Assembly: GCA_963761335.1 (NCBI GenBank)
Contig: CAVXGR010000017.1
Span: 128,001-192,000 of the forward strand
Origin: an uncultured delta proteobacterium
GTDB taxonomy: Bacteria > Desulfobacterota > Binatia > HRBIN30 > BPIQ01
Reading direction: 5' to 3'
Length of the DNA stretch: 64,000 nt
Shown here: positions 21,901 to 33,704 of the stretch, in pieces
Position numbering within the stretch: the first letter of the stretch is position 1
Layout of the letters: each line of letters opens with the position of its first letter
Made by a program: the position numbers and the translations under genes
The notes under the pieces: generated by a model
The model's input: only the letters and a program-made list of their open reading frames with translations
Database searches by the model: none
What the model was told of the DNA's origin: nothing

Positions 21901-24563
21901 TCGGGGCCGAGGTCGATCACCCAGTCGGCGGCCTTCACCACCTCCATGTTGTGCTCGATGATGACCACCGAGTGGCCGCGGTCCACCAGTCGCTGGAAGG
22001 CGCCCAGCAGCGTCTCGATGTCGGCGAAATGCAGGCCGATGGTCGGCTCGTCGAAGAGGAAGAGCGTGTGGACCTTGCCCTCGCGCCCCATGGCGGCGGC
22101 GAGCTTGAGCCGCTGCGACTCTCCTCCGGACAGCTTCGTGAGCGGCTGTCCCAGGCGCAGGTAGCCGAGGCCGACGTCGACCGCCGGCTGCAGCTGCTGC
22201 AGCACCTCCGGCTGGTCGGCAAAGAAGGCGCGCGCCTCGTCGATGCTGAGGTCGAGGACGTCGCGGATCGATTTGCCGCGGTAAGACACCTCCAGGATCT
22301 CGCTGCGGAAGCGAGCCCCGTTGCATTCGGCGCAGGTGACGTAGACGTCGGAGAGAAACTGCATCTCGACCTTCTCGTAGCCCTCGCCGTTGCAGGCGTC
22401 GCAGCGTCCCCCGGCGACGTTGAAGGAGAAGGTGGCGGCGGTGTAGTGCCGCAGCCGGCTCTCGGGGGTGGCGGCGAAGCACGCGCGGATCTTGTCGAAG
22501 GCCTTGAGATAGGTCACCGGGTTCGCCCGCGGCGTGCTGCCGAGCGGGCTCTGGTCGACGAAGATCACGTCGCTGACGCGGTCGGCGCCGTCGACTCCGT
22601 CGTTGTCGCCGGGCGGTCCGACGCTCTGGCCGAGATGCTTCTTCAGGGAGCGGTAGAGAACGTCGTCGACCAGCGTCGATTTGCCCGAGCCCGAGACGCC
22701 GGTGATGCACACCATTCGCCCCAGGGGGATGTGGACGTCCAGATCGCGGAGGTTGTTGGCGCGAGCTCCGCGAATCGCCAGCTGCAGGGCGCGGATCGGC
22801 GGCCGGCGCTTGCGCGGCAGGGGGATGTGCCGCCGCCCGCCGAGGTATTGGCCGGTGAGCGAGCTGCTCTGCCGCCGCAGCTGGTCGTAGCTGCCGGCGA
22901 AGATGACGTGGCCGCCGTTCTCGCCGGCGCCGGGGCCGAGGTCGATGATGTGGTCCGCCTCGCGGATGATCTCCGCCTCGTGCTCGACGACGGCGACGGT
23001 GTTTCCCTTGGCGCGCAGGTCTTTGAGGATGCGCACCAGGCGCTGGCTGTCGCGCGGATGCAGGCCGACCGAGGGCTCGTCGAGCACGTAGAGGGTGTTC
23101 ACCAGCGAAGAGCCCACGGCGGTGGTGAGGTCGACGCGCGCCAGCTCGCCGCCGGAGAGCGTCCGCGACTGGCGGTCGAGGGTGAGGTACTCGAGGCCGA
23201 CGTCGAGGAGATAGCGGAGCCGTGTGCGGATCTCTTCCAGCAGCAGGTGGGCCACCTCCTCCTCGTTGCCGCGCAGCGACAGGTCGCGGAAGAAGGCGTG
23301 GGTGTCCGCCACCGTCATGCGGTTGACGTCGGCGATGCTCTTGCCGTTGATGCGCACCAGCAGCGACTCGGGCTTGAGGCGCGCGCCGCGGCACATCGGG
23401 CAGAGTCGATAGCTCCGGTAGCGGGCGAGGAAGACGCGAACGTGCATACGGTAGGTGCGCCCCTCGAGCCAGCGGAACCAGCCGCGAATCCCCCAGAAGC
23501 GTTTGCGGCCGCTCTTCTCTCCGTCGATGATCGCCTGCCGTTGCTCCTCGGCGAGATCTTCCCAGGCAGTGTCGAGGGGGATCTTGCGCCGCTCGCAGAA
23601 GGCGAACAGCTCGCCGCGCTCCCACTCGGTGGCCTTGGTGCTCCACGGTTTGATGGCCAGCTGCCGCAGCGTCTTGCGCCCATCCGGAATCACCAGCTCC
23701 AGGTCGAGGTCGATGACCCGTCCGAAGCCGCGGCAGCTCTCGCAGGCGCCGAGCGGGCTGTTGAAGGAGAAGAGGTTGGCTGCCGGCGCCTGATAAGTGA
23801 TGTCGCAGCGGGAGCAGGCGAAGCCGTCGCTGTAGCGGACGAGCCGATTGTCGTCCTCGGGGAAGATGACGGCGATGCGGCCGCGGCCGAAGCGAAAGGC
23901 CTGCTCGAGGGAGTCGACCAGGCGCCGGCGCTGGCTGCGGCGCAGCACCAGGCGATCGGCGACGATGCGCAGCTCGGCGGGGGCCGCCGCGAGGCTCTCC
24001 AGGTCCGCGGTGCGGCCGTCGACCCAGAGGCGGTGGAAGCCCGACTGCGTCAAGCCGGCGCGTGTCTCCTCCCAGGGAAGGCCGGCGGCGAGCGGCCGCT
24101 CGAAGGTGAGCAGGATGCGCGACTCCGGCGCCGTCGCCAGCAAGGCCTCGGCGACGCTCTCCGCCGAGTCGTGCCGCACGGGCTCGCCGCAGCCGCGGCA
24201 GTGAATGATACCGATGCTGGCGAAGAGCAGCTTCAGATGGTCCTGGATCTCGGTCATGGTGCCGACCGTCGAGCGCGACGTCTTGACGCTGTTGCCCTGG
24301 CTGATGGCGATCGCTGGAAGAATGCCCTCGATCGCCTCCACCTGTGGCTTGTCCATGCGGTCGAGGAACTGGCGGGTGTAGGCGGAGAAGCTCTCGACGT
24401 AGCGCCGCTGCCCCTCGGCATAGAGCACATCAAACGCCAGGCTCGACTTTCCCGAACCGGACACGCCGGTGATCACCGTCAGGGCGTTGAGCGGGATGCG
24501 GACGTCGATGCCCTTCAGATTGTTCTGCCGCGCACCGCGCACGGCGATGAATTCTTCTGCCAT
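18678..24563 (-). CDS. uvrA: Double-length excinuclease ABC subunit A; as sequenced it reads through into the GDT1 gene
   Basis: Four G(V/L)SGSGKS Walker A motifs, LSGGE signatures and DEP Walker B motifs, CxxC zinc modules, two EGQRRY motifs; start MAEEF at 24563. Confidence 0.93.
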   Translation of the reverse strand: MAEEFIAVRGARQNNLKGIDVRIPLNALTVITGVSGSGKSSLAFDVLYAEGQRRYVESFSAYTRQFLDRMDKPQVEAIEGILPAIAISQGNSVKTSRSTVGTMTEIQDHLKLLFASIGIIHCRGCGEPVRHDSAESVAEALLATAPESRILLTFERPLAAGLPWEETRAGLTQSGFHRLWVDGRTADLESLAAAPAELRIVADRLVLRRSQRRRLVDSLEQAFRFGRGRIAVIFPEDDNRLVRYSDGFACSRCDITYQAPAANLFSFNSPLGACESCRGFGRVIDLDLELVIPDGRKTLRQLAIKPWSTKATEWERGELFAFCERRKIPLDTAWEDLAEEQRQAIIDGEKSGRKRFWGIRGWFRWLEGRTYRMHVRVFLARYRSYRLCPMCRGARLKPESLLVRINGKSIADVNRMTVADTHAFFRDLSLRGNEEEVAHLLLEEIRTRLRYLLDVGLEYLTLDRQSRTLSGGELARVDLTTAVGSSLVNTLYVLDEPSVGLHPRDSQRLVRILKDLRAKGNTVAVVEHEAEIIREADHIIDLGPGAGENGGHVIFAGSYDQLRRQSSSLTGQYLGGRRHIPLPRKRRPPIRALQLAIRGARANNLRDLDVHIPLGRMVCITGVSGSGKSTLVDDVLYRSLKKHLGQSVGPPGDNDGVDGADRVSDVIFVDQSPLGSTPRANPVTYLKAFDKIRACFAATPESRLRHYTAATFSFNVAGGRCDACNGEGYEKVEMQFLSDVYVTCAECNGARFRSEILEVSYRGKSIRDVLDLSIDEARAFFADQPEVLQQLQPAVDVGLGYLRLGQPLTKLSGGESQRLKLAAAMGREGKVHTLFLFDEPTIGLHFADIETLLGAFQRLVDRGHSVVIIEHNMEVVKAADWVIDLGPEGGDGGGRVVAEGTPESVAAAEGSHTARFLRQALRGAEMPLVAEAAAPFSPAVRGGNGGMLVRGAKEHNLRDLSLEIPRDQLVVVTGLSGSGKSTLAFDILYAEGQRRYLDSLSAYARQFVKILPRPNVDLLSGLPPTVAIEQRLSRGGKMSTVATVTEIYHYLRLLYAKIGVQHCVECGSPIQSLTPQQILDRVRREFRRQTVTLLAPAVRGRKGQYTELFRSARKLGFHRARVDGAITPLQPLPALARYREHDIDLVIGEVEIARSARSPLASQLETALRLGSGAVIVAGEAEERIFSERLYCTACNKGYEALDPRLFSFNSRQGACPECTGSGFTAVIDPGLLVADPALPLRTALRPALEAFGTRARRELGAIARRARLSLDQPFSSLAARQQQKLFGSAGGDGLIGFLSAQLDEEDVDPAAVASFMSEKPCDACDGARLNPRARAVRVRGEAIWQRTASTVTRARADFERLEFSGREAAISANIFKEIRPRLRFLEEVGLGYLTLDRRADTLSGGEAQRIRLAAQLGSNLRGVCYILDEPTIGLHPRDNAMLLGTLSQLRDAGNSVVVVEHDEATINAADLVIDLGPGGGTHGGRLVAMGTPSELRAHAGSVTGRFLGVSRPRRGPVRDLDGCGRLRVIGARQHNLKNIDVEVPLGAWTCVTGVSGSGKSTLVRDVLYHGLRRRLSLASGPVGKHTDIRDFDGIERIIEVDQTPIGRTPRSIPASYVGFFDEIRKLFAMLPDARARGYSAGRFSFNVKGGRCETCAGQGRVKMEMSFLPDVFVDCDVCAGKRFTEETLAVTYAGKTIADVLAMTVEEAASFFAPVPHIARPLQLLDDIGLGYLTLGQGSNTLSGGEAQRIKLAYELGKESHGRTIYLLDEPTTGLHFADIDRLIDVLHRLVDLGNTVVTIEHNLDIIKEADWIVDLGPEGGESGGEVVAMGPPTQIVADGARSHTARFLRAFLGTAGKQRAEAPLIRRQAMDIRLLATVFATVFVAELGDKTQLATMLFASRAKNPMLTVFLGSATALVLTSAIGVIAGNLLSQQISARLLSWVAGAAFIAIGIWTIARA

Positions 24564-24687
24564 TGCTGTGTCGTCTGCCTGCCGCGAAGGTGTGAACCGG
24601 GACTTATACCGGAAAGCGAAGGCAGAGAGTAGAAGGGTCGTCTTCGCTACATAGACCCCCCTCCGGGAGTGTGCTAGAAATCCTCCG

Positions 24688-26466
24688 ATGTCGACCTCCA
24701 GTGCGGCGCTCCGCCAGTGCGCCGCAGTCGTTCTCCCGGTACTCTTTCTCTCTGCATGCGCCGCGGTCCGGAGCCGTCCGGGCAACGGCGCCGAGACCTA
24801 CCCCTGGTCCTTCGATCAGCAGGTCGCGGCGCAGAAGAAGAAGCCGGCGGAAGCCGAGGCCCTGGGCCAGTTCCTCAAGGCGGAGATGGCTCTCCGCGCC
24901 GGCGACCGCGACACGGCGTTGAAAGCCTACGAAAAAGCCATCGAAGCCGACGGTGGCACGCCACTGCTGCGCCGCCGCCTGGCCCTGCTCTATGTGCGCG
25001 CCGGTCGCCTGGAGGACGCCCAGAAGCAGTGTGTCGCCATTCTCGACGAGGAGCCGGACAACGTCGACGTGCGCCTGCTGCTGGCGGGTATCCTCTCGTC
25101 GCTCGGAAAAGACGAGGATGCGGCAGGCGAGTACGAGCAGGTGCTGACCCTCGATTCCGAGAACCAGGAAGCCTATCTGTTCCTCGGCGCCCTCTACGAC
25201 AAGGAGGGCGAATACGATCGCGCCGTGGAGACGCTGGAGAAGCTGGTGCAGCTCAACCCGCAATCCTTCCTCGGCTACTACTATCTCGGGCGCGTGCACG
25301 CCGCCGCCAAGCGCTACGATCTCGCCGAGGAGGCGTACCGCGAGGCCATGCGCCTCAATCCCCAGTCGGAGCTGGTGCTCGCCGACATGGCCATGCTCTA
25401 CGAGGCCGAGGACAAGCCGGCCAAGGCCATCGAGATCTACGAGGGAATCCTCAAGTCGAACCCGAAGAGCGCCACGGCGCGGCGGCGACTGGGCGGCCTC
25501 TACGTCGGGCAGCGGCGCCTGGACGATGCCCTGACGCAGTTCCACGAGCTCGAGAAGATCGAGTCGGATCCGCTCGAGACACGCGTCAAGATCGGCCTGA
25601 TCTACTTCGAGAAGGGCGACCTCGAGCGCGCCGGCACCGAGCTCAACCTGGTGCTGGCGGCCGACCCCAAGAACGATCGGGTGCGCTATTACCTGGGCGC
25701 GGTGCTGACCCAGAGCAAGGACTACGACAAGGCCGTCAACACCCTCGAGGGTATCGACAAGGACAGCGACTACTACGTCGACGGCCACGTGCAGATCGCC
25801 TACGCCTATCAGCAGGCGGGGCAGACCGACAAGGCGATCGATACCCTGCTGGAGGTCCTGGAGGACAACCCCGACAACACCGACGTGCTGGCGCTGCTGG
25901 CGGGCCTCTATCGCGACAAGGGTGTGCTGGACAAGGCGATCGAGGCGGCGGAGCACGCCGTCGAGGTCGCTCCCGACAACGATCGCTTTCATTTCACTCT
26001 CGGTGCTCTCTACGACGAAGCGCAGGACAAGCCGCGCAGCATCGCCGAGATGCAACGCGCCATCGAGATCAATCCGAAGAACGCCCCGGCGCTAAACTAC
26101 CTCGGCTACACGTATGCCGAGCATGGCGATCGGCTGGATGAGGCGGAGCAGCTGATTCGCCGCGCTCTGGCCGTCGATCCCAACGACGGCTTCTACATCG
26201 ACAGCCTCGGCTGGGTCTTCTATCAGCGCGGCCAGTACGATACCGCCATCGATTACCTGGAGCGCGCCGTCGAGCTGGTGGGTGACGACCCCACCATCGT
26301 CGAGCATCTCGGCGACGCCTATCTGGCCGCCGGCCGGCCTGGAGACGCCCTGCGGCTGTTTCGCGACGCGGCGGTGAAATCGAAGGAGCAGAGCCAGATC
26401 GACCGGCTCCGGGGCAAGATCCAGGACCTCGAGACCCATCCGCGGGGCGCCGCCGACAACTCGTGA
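24688..26466 (+). CDS. Tetratricopeptide-repeat lipoprotein
   Basis: LSAC lipobox, multiple TPRs, [10 protein letters not shown] and [10 protein letters not shown]. Confidence 0.9.
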   Translation: MSTSSAALRQCAAVVLPVLFLSACAAVRSRPGNGAETYPWSFDQQVAAQKKKPAEAEALGQFLKAEMALRAGDRDTALKAYEKAIEADGGTPLLRRRLALLYVRAGRLEDAQKQCVAILDEEPDNVDVRLLLAGILSSLGKDEDAAGEYEQVLTLDSENQEAYLFLGALYDKEGEYDRAVETLEKLVQLNPQSFLGYYYLGRVHAAAKRYDLAEEAYREAMRLNPQSELVLADMAMLYEAEDKPAKAIEIYEGILKSNPKSATARRRLGGLYVGQRRLDDALTQFHELEKIESDPLETRVKIGLIYFEKGDLERAGTELNLVLAADPKNDRVRYYLGAVLTQSKDYDKAVNTLEGIDKDSDYYVDGHVQIAYAYQQAGQTDKAIDTLLEVLEDNPDNTDVLALLAGLYRDKGVLDKAIEAAEHAVEVAPDNDRFHFTLGALYDEAQDKPRSIAEMQRAIEINPKNAPALNYLGYTYAEHGDRLDEAEQLIRRALAVDPNDGFYIDSLGWVFYQRGQYDTAIDYLERAVELVGDDPTIVEHLGDAYLAAGRPGDALRLFRDAAVKSKEQSQIDRLRGKIQDLETHPRGAADNS

Positions 26467-27266
26467 TGCGCCGTCCGCTGCTCGCGACCGCGCTGCTGCT
26501 CGGGCTCGCCGCCTGTGCCGGTTCGCGGCGTCCGCAGGAGGTCGCGCTGCAGCCGCCGTTGTCCCTGCCCACGGTCGACTCGCTGCGGCAGATCGTCGAG
26601 AGCCGCCGGCAGTCGCTGCACAGCCTGCGATCCGAGGCGCGCGTCAACCTGGAGAGCCCCGAGGGCAGCGGCAGCGCGCGCCAGGCCATCCTCGCCGCCC
26701 GCCCGGACTTCCTCCGTGTCGAGGTCTTCTCGCCGTTCGGCACCGCCTTTGTCCTCACCGCCGCGCACGGGCGCCTGGCGGCCTACGTGCGCAATGAAAA
26801 CCGCCTGTACCGCGGCGTGGCCAGCCGCGAGAACCTGTCCCACTACGCGCAGCTCGATCTGCGCCTCCCGGACATCGTCGACCTGATGCTGGGGACTCCG
26901 CCGGAGCGGCAGCCCGGCTTCGGGCTGGTCTTCTTCGATCCGGCCAGTGGCCACATCCGCCTCCGACAGGAGATCCCCACCGGCACCCAGGTCATCGACT
27001 TCGCCGGCGAGCCGCTGCGGCCGGTGGCGGTGGAGCAGCGGGCTCGCGACGACCAGCTCATCTGGCGCGCCGAGTTCTCCCGGCATGAGTCGATCGGGGG
27101 CGTGCTCGTGCCGTTGCACATCGACCTCGAGCAGCCCGAGCATCAGCGACGGGTGAGCATCGACTTCGAGTCGCCCGAGCCCAACCCGGAGCTCGCCGGA
27201 AGGCTGTTCGCGCTGCAGCCGCCTCCAGGGAGCGAGGAGGTCGACCTGGACTCGTATGTGGACTGA
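26463..27266 (+). CDS. LolB-like / DUF4292-like lipoprotein
   Basis: LAAC lipobox, RPDFLRVEVFSPFG; directly follows the TPR gene as in the conserved TPR-lolB-ispE cluster. Confidence 0.7.
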   Translation: MMRRPLLATALLLGLAACAGSRRPQEVALQPPLSLPTVDSLRQIVESRRQSLHSLRSEARVNLESPEGSGSARQAILAARPDFLRVEVFSPFGTAFVLTAAHGRLAAYVRNENRLYRGVASRENLSHYAQLDLRLPDIVDLMLGTPPERQPGFGLVFFDPASGHIRLRQEIPTGTQVIDFAGEPLRPVAVEQRARDDQLIWRAEFSRHESIGGVLVPLHIDLEQPEHQRRVSIDFESPEPNPELAGRLFALQPPPGSEEVDLDSYVD

Positions 27267-29142
27267 CGCCAGGGTGAGGGCGCCGATCTCTCTGAAGGCC
27301 ACAAAGGATCACAGGCTCTCGTGCGCCCCACTACTCCCGCGGCGAAATTCGGCGGAGGGCTGCGCCAGCAATCTCATCCCCCTCATCCTGAGCTTCTCCC
27401 ATCCGGGAGAAGGGACCCGGCCTCGCAGGGGGCTCCGCATCGCCGCAGTGGCGGCGCTGCTTCTTCTCCCTGCTGCCTGCCAGCAGTCGCGGGAGACGAA
27501 GACCGCGAGCGGTGTGACAGTGGCACCGCCGACACCGCGGCCGCAGCAGCTCACCGACTCGACGGTCAGCGACCCGAAGACCTTCAACCCGCTGCTGTCC
27601 GTCGACAATGCCTCGAGCACGGCGCTGCGCTACGTCTTCGACTCGCTGGTGCGGCTCAATCCGCTGACCACCGAGATCGAGCCGATGCTGGCGGAGCGCT
27701 GGGAGTACGACAAGGCCGGCACCACCTGTACCTTTTACCTGCGCCGCGACGTGCACTGGCACGATGGGGTACCCTTCACCGCCGCCGACGTCGCCTTTAC
27801 CCTCGACGCCGTCTACGACCCGCGCGTCCCCAACAGCGCCAAGCACCTGCTCACCATCGACGGCGAGCGCATTCGCACCCAGATCGTCGATGATCACACC
27901 ATCCGCCTCATCCTGCCGCGACCGTTCGCGCCGCTACTGAACACCATCGGCATCGAGATCCTTCCCAAGCACATCCTCGGTGCGCCGCTCGAGCAGGGCA
28001 CCTTTGCCCAGCAGTGGGGCATCGACACGCCGCCGGAGAAGATCATCGGCACGGGACCGTATCGCATGGTCCGCTACGTCCCGGCACAGTTCATTCAGTA
28101 CCGCCGCTTTCCCGGATACTGGATGCGCGACGACGCCGGGGATGCCTTGCCCTACCTGGAGCAGTGGACGACGCTGATCGTCCCCAGTCAGGACACCGCC
28201 TTCCTCAAGTTTGGGGCCGGACAGACGGACTTGTTGCAGCCGCGCCCGGAGGAGATCACCGCGCTGCGCGCCGCACAGGACGAGATGAAGATCGAGCTCG
28301 AGGAGGTGGGGCTCGAGGCCGGTTCGACGTTCGTGTCGTTCAACCGCAACCCGCGCCACTATCAGCACGACGGCGAACGCGATCCCAAGCTCGACTGGTT
28401 CACGGACCGCAGGTTTCTCCTCGCCATCGCCCACGCCATCGACCGCAAGAGCATGGTGCAGAACTGCCTGTTCGGCTACGGGCGCCCGTCCGTCGCCGAG
28501 ATCTCCCCGGAGAACACCTTCTTCCACAACCCCAATCTGCAGCCGTATGCATATGATCTGGCGGAGTCGCGACGCTTGCTGGCCGAAGGGGGATACGTCG
28601 ATCGCGACGACGACGGGGTGATCGAGGATGCCCACGGCCACCCGGTGGAGTTCTCTCTCTACACCAATGCGGAGAATCAGGTGCGGCAGAAGATGTGCTC
28701 CATCCTCCTCGAGGACTGGACGGCGCTGGGCATGAAGGTCGACTATCGCCCCCTGGACTTCACGGCGCTGGTGGAGAAGCTCGACACCACCTTCGACTGG
28801 GACGCCGTGCTCATCGGCTTCACCGGCGGGGTCGAGCCGCACAATGGCGCCAACATCCTGCGCAGCTCGAGCAATCTCCACCTGTGGAACCCGCGGCAGG
28901 CGAGCCCGGCGACGCCATGGGAGAAGCAGATCGACGAGCTCGTCGAAGCCGGCTCGCGCCAGCTCGACCGCGACAAGCGCCGGCGGATCTACTGGCACAT
29001 CCAGCAGATCCTCCACGACCAGCTGGCGATGATCCAGACGGTGCGGCAGACGCAGTTCGTCGCCTTTCGCCGTTATCTCGAGAACTTCCGCCCGACGGTC
29101 TGGGGCCTGTACCGGCCCGAGCTGATCCGCATCGCCCCCTGA
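27256..29142 (+). CDS. ABC transporter substrate-binding lipoprotein, family 5 (OppA/DppA-like); start uncertain
   Basis: SDPKTFNP, WHDGVPFTAADVAFT, IIGTGPY; lipobox-like LPAAC. Confidence 0.9.
   Translation: MWTDARVRAPISLKATKDHRLSCAPLLPRRNSAEGCASNLIPLILSFSHPGEGTRPRRGLRIAAVAALLLLPAACQQSRETKTASGVTVAPPTPRPQQLTDSTVSDPKTFNPLLSVDNASSTALRYVFDSLVRLNPLTTEIEPMLAERWEYDKAGTTCTFYLRRDVHWHDGVPFTAADVAFTLDAVYDPRVPNSAKHLLTIDGERIRTQIVDDHTIRLILPRPFAPLLNTIGIEILPKHILGAPLEQGTFAQQWGIDTPPEKIIGTGPYRMVRYVPAQFIQYRRFPGYWMRDDAGDALPYLEQWTTLIVPSQDTAFLKFGAGQTDLLQPRPEEITALRAAQDEMKIELEEVGLEAGSTFVSFNRNPRHYQHDGERDPKLDWFTDRRFLLAIAHAIDRKSMVQNCLFGYGRPSVAEISPENTFFHNPNLQPYAYDLAESRRLLAEGGYVDRDDDGVIEDAHGHPVEFSLYTNAENQVRQKMCSILLEDWTALGMKVDYRPLDFTALVEKLDTTFDWDAVLIGFTGGVEPHNGANILRSSSNLHLWNPRQASPATPWEKQIDELVEAGSRQLDRDKRRRIYWHIQQILHDQLAMIQTVRQTQFVAFRRYLENFRPTVWGLYRPELIRIAP
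27268..27420 (+). repeat. Degenerate copy of the composite REP-like repeat
   Basis: GCCAGGGTGAGGGCGCCGATCTCTCTGAAGGCC resembles 34681-34713; ends in CCCCTCATCCTGAGCTTCTCCC..GGGAGAAGGGAC hairpin. Confidence 0.7.
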
Positions 29143-29169
29143 GCGAAGCGGCTGACGGGCGCGCCTCCC

Positions 29170-30153
29170 ATGGTCTCCTACGTCGTTCGCCGTTTGCTGT
29201 ACATGATCCCTCTGCTCGTCGGGATCACTTTCCTCTCGTTCCTGGTCATCGAGATGGCGCCGGGGGACTACTTCAGCACCCTGAAGATGAACCCGTCGAT
29301 CTCTCCCGACGTCATTCGGGAGATGGAGATCCAGTTCGGCTACGGAGAGCCGTTGCTGGTGCGCTACGGCAAGTGGCTCATGCGCGTCGCCCATGGCGAC
29401 CTGGGCCTGTCACTCGCCTACCGCGTCAACGTCGCCGAGCTCATCGGCCCGCGCGTGCTGAACACCGTCATCCTGGCGCTCGCCAGCATGGCGGTCACCT
29501 GGTCTCTGGCAATTCCCATGGGCGTCCTGGTCGCCATGTGGCCCGACTCGTGGACCGACCGGCTGCTGTCGTTTCTCGCCTTTTTCGGCATGTCGGTGCC
29601 CAACTTCTTCCTCGGCTTTCTGATGATGTACGCGGCGCTGCAGAGCGGATGGTTCCCTGTGGGGGGCACCTTCTCGGTCGGCTACGACTCGCTCAGCTTC
29701 GCCGGCAAGGTGCTCGACCGCCTCGACCATCTGATTCTGCCGGTGATCGTGCTCGGCACCAGCGGCATGGCCAGTCACATGCGGCTGATGCGCGCCAACG
29801 TGTTGGAGCTGAAGCAGAGCGACTTCATCCGCACGGCGCGCGCCAAGGGCCTTCCGGAGCGCGTCGTGGTGCTCAAGCACCTGCTGCGCAATGCCTTGAA
29901 CCCGTTCGTCACGCTCGCCGGCTACGAGCTCGGCAGCCTGCTCAGCGGCGCGGCGCTGGTGGAAGCGGTGATGAACCTGCAAGGGCTCGGCTCGCTGATG
30001 CTGGCGGGGGTTCGTTCTCTCGACCAGTACCTGGTGATGGCATCGGTGTTGATGGGGGCGGTGCTCCTGCTGATCGGCAATCTGCTGGCGGACCTGGTTC
30101 TCACGCTCGTCGACCCGCGCATCGACTTCTCGCATCTGGAGGCGGCGCGCTGA
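29170..30153 (+). CDS. Peptide/nickel ABC permease (OppB/DppB-like)
   Basis: YVVRRLL, DFIRTARAKGL, LLADL..DPRI. Confidence 0.93.
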   Translation: MVSYVVRRLLYMIPLLVGITFLSFLVIEMAPGDYFSTLKMNPSISPDVIREMEIQFGYGEPLLVRYGKWLMRVAHGDLGLSLAYRVNVAELIGPRVLNTVILALASMAVTWSLAIPMGVLVAMWPDSWTDRLLSFLAFFGMSVPNFFLGFLMMYAALQSGWFPVGGTFSVGYDSLSFAGKVLDRLDHLILPVIVLGTSGMASHMRLMRANVLELKQSDFIRTARAKGLPERVVVLKHLLRNALNPFVTLAGYELGSLLSGAALVEAVMNLQGLGSLMLAGVRSLDQYLVMASVLMGAVLLLIGNLLADLVLTLVDPRIDFSHLEAAR

Positions 30154-30167
30154 GCGCCGGCGTTGGG

Positions 30168-31166
30168 ATGCGACGGGCTCCGCGGATCGCCTGGTGCAGC
30201 GCGGCGTTGCTCGCCGTCTTCTACGCCATGGCGCTGTTCGCGCCGCTCGTGGCTCCGTATCCGTATGCGCAGCAGAACCGCGGCTTTCCCGACTGCCCGC
30301 CGTCGCCGCTCTACCTCAACCCTCCGTGGCAATGGTCCGAGTCGGTTCTCTACACGCGCGCCTACCAGCTGGTCGATCCGCTGGAGCGTCGCTACAGCGA
30401 GGTGCAGGGCAGCCGTGTGCCGATCCATATGTTCTGGAACGGGCATCTGTTCACCACCCCCGAAGGGCAGGCGAAGTACTTCGCCATGGGCACCGACAGC
30501 CTCGGGCGCGACCTGTTCTCGCGCATCGTCTATGGCAGTCGCATCAGCCTCTCGATCGGCGTCATCGGCGTGCTCATCAGCTTCGGGATCGGGCTGGCGG
30601 TCGGCAGCTTCGCCGGTTACGCCGGCGGCTGGGTCGACACGGTGGTGATGCGCGTCGTCGAGGTCGAGATGTCGCTGCCGTCGTTCTTTCTGTTGCTGGC
30701 TCTGGCCTCGGTGATCCCGGCGCGCCTGTCGCCGGCGGAGACCTTTCTGCTGATCGTCGCCATCATGAGCCTGGTGAGCTGGGCCGGCTTCGCCCGCGTC
30801 ATCCGCGGCATGGCCGGGTCGCTGCGCGAGCAGGAGTACGTGATTGCCGCCCGCGCCCTGGGGGCGACGCGCCGGCGCATCATCGCCCGCCACGTCATCC
30901 CCGGCACCTTCGGCTACACCATCGTCGCCGCCACCCTCAGCATACCGGCCTTCATCCTCGGCGAGAGCGCCCTGTCGCTCCTCGGGCTCGGCATCCAGGA
31001 GCCCGCCGCCAGCTGGGGCAACCTGCTCGCCCAGGCGCAGAACGTGCAGAACCTCAGCCGCTACCCGTGGATCCTGATTCCCGGCGTGTTCATCTTCCTC
31101 ACCGTGATGTCGTTCAACTTCCTCGGCGATTACCTTCGCGACCGCCTCGACCCGAGGAGAGTGTAG
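30168..31166 (+). CDS. Peptide/nickel ABC permease (OppC/DppC-like)
   Basis: GTDSLGRDLFSRIVYGSRISL, EYVIAARALGA, FNFLGDYLRDRLDP. Confidence 0.93.
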   Translation: MRRAPRIAWCSAALLAVFYAMALFAPLVAPYPYAQQNRGFPDCPPSPLYLNPPWQWSESVLYTRAYQLVDPLERRYSEVQGSRVPIHMFWNGHLFTTPEGQAKYFAMGTDSLGRDLFSRIVYGSRISLSIGVIGVLISFGIGLAVGSFAGYAGGWVDTVVMRVVEVEMSLPSFFLLLALASVIPARLSPAETFLLIVAIMSLVSWAGFARVIRGMAGSLREQEYVIAARALGATRRRIIARHVIPGTFGYTIVAATLSIPAFILGESALSLLGLGIQEPAASWGNLLAQAQNVQNLSRYPWILIPGVFIFLTVMSFNFLGDYLRDRLDPRRV

Positions 31167-31207
31167 CGGCGGCGTCCCGCCTCCTTCGGGGGCGGGGACG
31201 CCGCGAC
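31163..31207 (+). repeat. GTAG-headed REP-like hairpin overlapping the permease stop
   Basis: GTAGCGGCGGCGTCCCGCC followed by a TTCG loop and complementary arm; related to 49925 copy. Confidence 0.6.
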
Positions 31208-31301
31208 GTTCGCGACATCCCGAGGCCTTCAGGGCCGAGCACGAGCACGAAGGGGGAGGGCGGGCTCTACTCCCACCCCCTCTTCTGCTACTTACCGCCC
31301 C

Positions 31302-32270
31302 GTGCTCCTGCTCGAGGTAACCGACCTGCGCACCAGCTTCTTCACCGAGCGCGGCGAGCTGCGCGCCGTCGACGGCGTCAGCTTCGCCGTCGACGCCGGG
31401 AGGACGCTCGGGGTGGTGGGGGAATCGGGCTGCGGGAAGAGCATGACGGCGCTGTCGATCCTGCGCCTGGTGCCGCCCCCGGGAAGGATCATCGGCGGCC
31501 GTATCGGCTTCGACGGCCGGGATCTGCTGGCGCTGGACGATGCCGAGATGCGCCGCGTGCGCGGCAACCGGATCGCCATGATCTTCCAGGAGCCGATGAG
31601 CTCCCTCAACCCCGTCTTCACCGTCGGCAACCAGATTGCCGAGGCGGTGCGCCTGCACCAGCGGCTCGGGCGTGCCGCGGCGCGCCGCAAGGCGATCGAA
31701 ATGCTGCGTCTGGTCGAGATTTCCGAGCCCGAGCGGCGCGTCGACGACTACCCGCACCAGCTGAGCGGCGGTATGCGGCAGCGGGTGATGATCGCCATGG
31801 CGCTCTCCTGCGAGCCGCACCTGCTGATCGCCGACGAGCCGACCACGGCTCTCGACGTCACCATCCAGGCGCAGATTCTCGATCTGCTCGCCGGGCTGCA
31901 AGCGCGCCTCGGCATGGCTCTGCTGCTCGTCACCCATGACCTCGGCGTGGTGGCCCAGCGCGCCGACGAGGTGGTGATCATGTATGCCGGCCGCATCGTC
32001 GAGCGCGCCTCGACCGCGGACCTCTTTGCGCAACCGCTGCATCCCTATGCCCGCGGCCTGCTCGACTCGATTCCCCGCATCGGCGCCGACCGCCGTCGCC
32101 TGCGGGCGATTCCGGGGACAGTGCCGGACCCGTTGCACCTGCCGAGCGGCTGCCGCTTTCGCGACCGCTGCCCGATCGCCATCGCCGCCTGCGCCGAGAT
32201 TGATCCGCCCCTCGAGGAGTTCCGCCCGGGACACGCGGCGGCGTGCATCCGCGCCGGGGAGAGCGCCTGA
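31302..32270 (+). CDS. ABC ATPase (OppD/DppD-like)
   Basis: [30 protein letters not shown]-terminal GCRF..RC..C..C. Confidence 0.95.
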   Translation: MLLLEVTDLRTSFFTERGELRAVDGVSFAVDAGRTLGVVGESGCGKSMTALSILRLVPPPGRIIGGRIGFDGRDLLALDDAEMRRVRGNRIAMIFQEPMSSLNPVFTVGNQIAEAVRLHQRLGRAAARRKAIEMLRLVEISEPERRVDDYPHQLSGGMRQRVMIAMALSCEPHLLIADEPTTALDVTIQAQILDLLAGLQARLGMALLLVTHDLGVVAQRADEVVIMYAGRIVERASTADLFAQPLHPYARGLLDSIPRIGADRRRLRAIPGTVPDPLHLPSGCRFRDRCPIAIAACAEIDPPLEEFRPGHAAACIRAGESA

Positions 32271-33238
32271 TGGCGGAACCCCTGGTCGAAGCCCGCCAGC
32301 TGCGCAAGTACTTTCCGGTGCGCCGCCGCTTGCTGGGCCCGCGCCAGCACCTGCGGGCCGTGGACGGCGTCGATCTGCGCTTGTTTCCCGGCGAGACCCT
32401 CGGCGTGGTCGGCGAATCCGGTTGTGGCAAGTCGACGCTCGGACGCCTGCTCCTCCGGCTCCTCGAGCCCACCGGCGGCGAGGTGCGCTTCCAGGGCGTC
32501 GATCTCGGGTCGCTGCCGGCGACGGAGCTGCGCCGCCGCCGGCGGGACATGCAGATGATCTTCCAGGACCCCTACGGCTCCCTCGATCCGCGCATGCGCG
32601 TCGGCGACATTGTCGGCGAGGGCATCGACATCCACCGCCTGGCGCGCGGCGAGGAGCGGCGCCAGCGCATCGCCGAGCTGCTGCGGCGCGTGGGTCTGCA
32701 GCCGGACGCCGCCGAGCGCTACCCTCACGAGTTCAGCGGCGGCCAGCGACAGCGGATCGGCATCGCCCGGGCGCTCGCCGTCGGGCCTCGGCTGATCGTC
32801 GCCGACGAGCCGGTCTCGGCGCTCGACGTCTCGATCCAGGCGCAGATCGTCAATCTCCTGCAGGACCTGCAGGAGGAAGGCGGCCTCACCTACCTGTTCA
32901 TTGCGCACGATCTGCGGGTTGTGGAACATATCAGCCACCGAGTGGCCATCATGTACCTGGGAAAGATCGTCGAGCTCGCCGAGCGCGCCGAGCTGTACCG
33001 CAATCCGCGGCATCCCTACACGCGGGCGCTGCTGTCGGCGGTTCCGACGCCCGACCCGGCGGCGCGAGGCGAGCGTATCGTCCTGCCCGGCGACGTTCCC
33101 AGCCCGGTGCACCCGCCGCCCGGCTGCCCGTTTCACCCGCGCTGCGCCTTCGCCGAAGAGCGCTGTCGTCGCGAGATTCCGCCGCTGATCGCCGGCGCCG
33201 GCGGCCATGCCGTCGCCTGCCACGTGTTTCCCGCCTGA
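32270..33238 (+). CDS. ABC ATPase (OppF/DppF-like)
   Basis: [32 protein letters not shown] overlaps the upstream stop. Confidence 0.95.
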   Translation: MAEPLVEARQLRKYFPVRRRLLGPRQHLRAVDGVDLRLFPGETLGVVGESGCGKSTLGRLLLRLLEPTGGEVRFQGVDLGSLPATELRRRRRDMQMIFQDPYGSLDPRMRVGDIVGEGIDIHRLARGEERRQRIAELLRRVGLQPDAAERYPHEFSGGQRQRIGIARALAVGPRLIVADEPVSALDVSIQAQIVNLLQDLQEEGGLTYLFIAHDLRVVEHISHRVAIMYLGKIVELAERAELYRNPRHPYTRALLSAVPTPDPAARGERIVLPGDVPSPVHPPPGCPFHPRCAFAEERCRREIPPLIAGAGGHAVACHVFPA

Positions 33239-33251
33239 GAGGCCGTGCCGC

Positions 33252-33653
33252 ATGGAACGCAAGCCACCCCTGCCGGCAACCGCCGCGCCACGCCCTCGTC
33301 CTACTCCCGCCGACGCCGACTTCCTCGGCCGGCAGCTCATTCCCTCGACTCTGGGCACCGAGCGGCCGGTGACCGGCAAGCTGAGCTTCTCGGCGCCGAC
33401 GCGTATCGACGGCGCGCTGCGCGGCGAGGTGCGCGGCACCGAGCTGCTGGTCATCGGCAAGAGCGGCTCAGTCACCGGCAAGGTGCGCGCCCCTCATGTC
33501 GTGGTCCTGGGAGTGGTGCGCGGTGACGTGCGCGGCGAGCTCGTCGAGGTCGCCGACGGTGGTCGCCTGCTGGGCTCGGTCGAAGCTCGCGCTCTGGTGA
33601 TCAGCCCCGGCGGTCTCTTCGACGGCGATTGCCGGATGCCCTCGCGGCGGTGA
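33252..33653 (+). CDS. Bactofilin (polymer-forming cytoskeletal protein)
   Basis: Beta-helix pattern RIDGALRGEV, LVIGKSGSVTGKV, VVLGVVRGDV, GGLFDGDCRM. Confidence 0.85.
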   Translation: MERKPPLPATAAPRPRPTPADADFLGRQLIPSTLGTERPVTGKLSFSAPTRIDGALRGEVRGTELLVIGKSGSVTGKVRAPHVVVLGVVRGDVRGELVEVADGGRLLGSVEARALVISPGGLFDGDCRMPSRR

Positions 33654-33704
33654 GAGAGACCGCGGAGGCGAACGGAACGGCCGGCGCCGCCTAGTGCTGC
33701 TCCG

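Noticed and set aside
18462..24632. 2056-aa plus-strand ORF
   Set aside because: Antisense shadow of uvrA; its N-terminus is translated repeat DNA
24564..24687. LexA box upstream of uvrA
   Set aside because: No match to SOS-box consensus sequences I know
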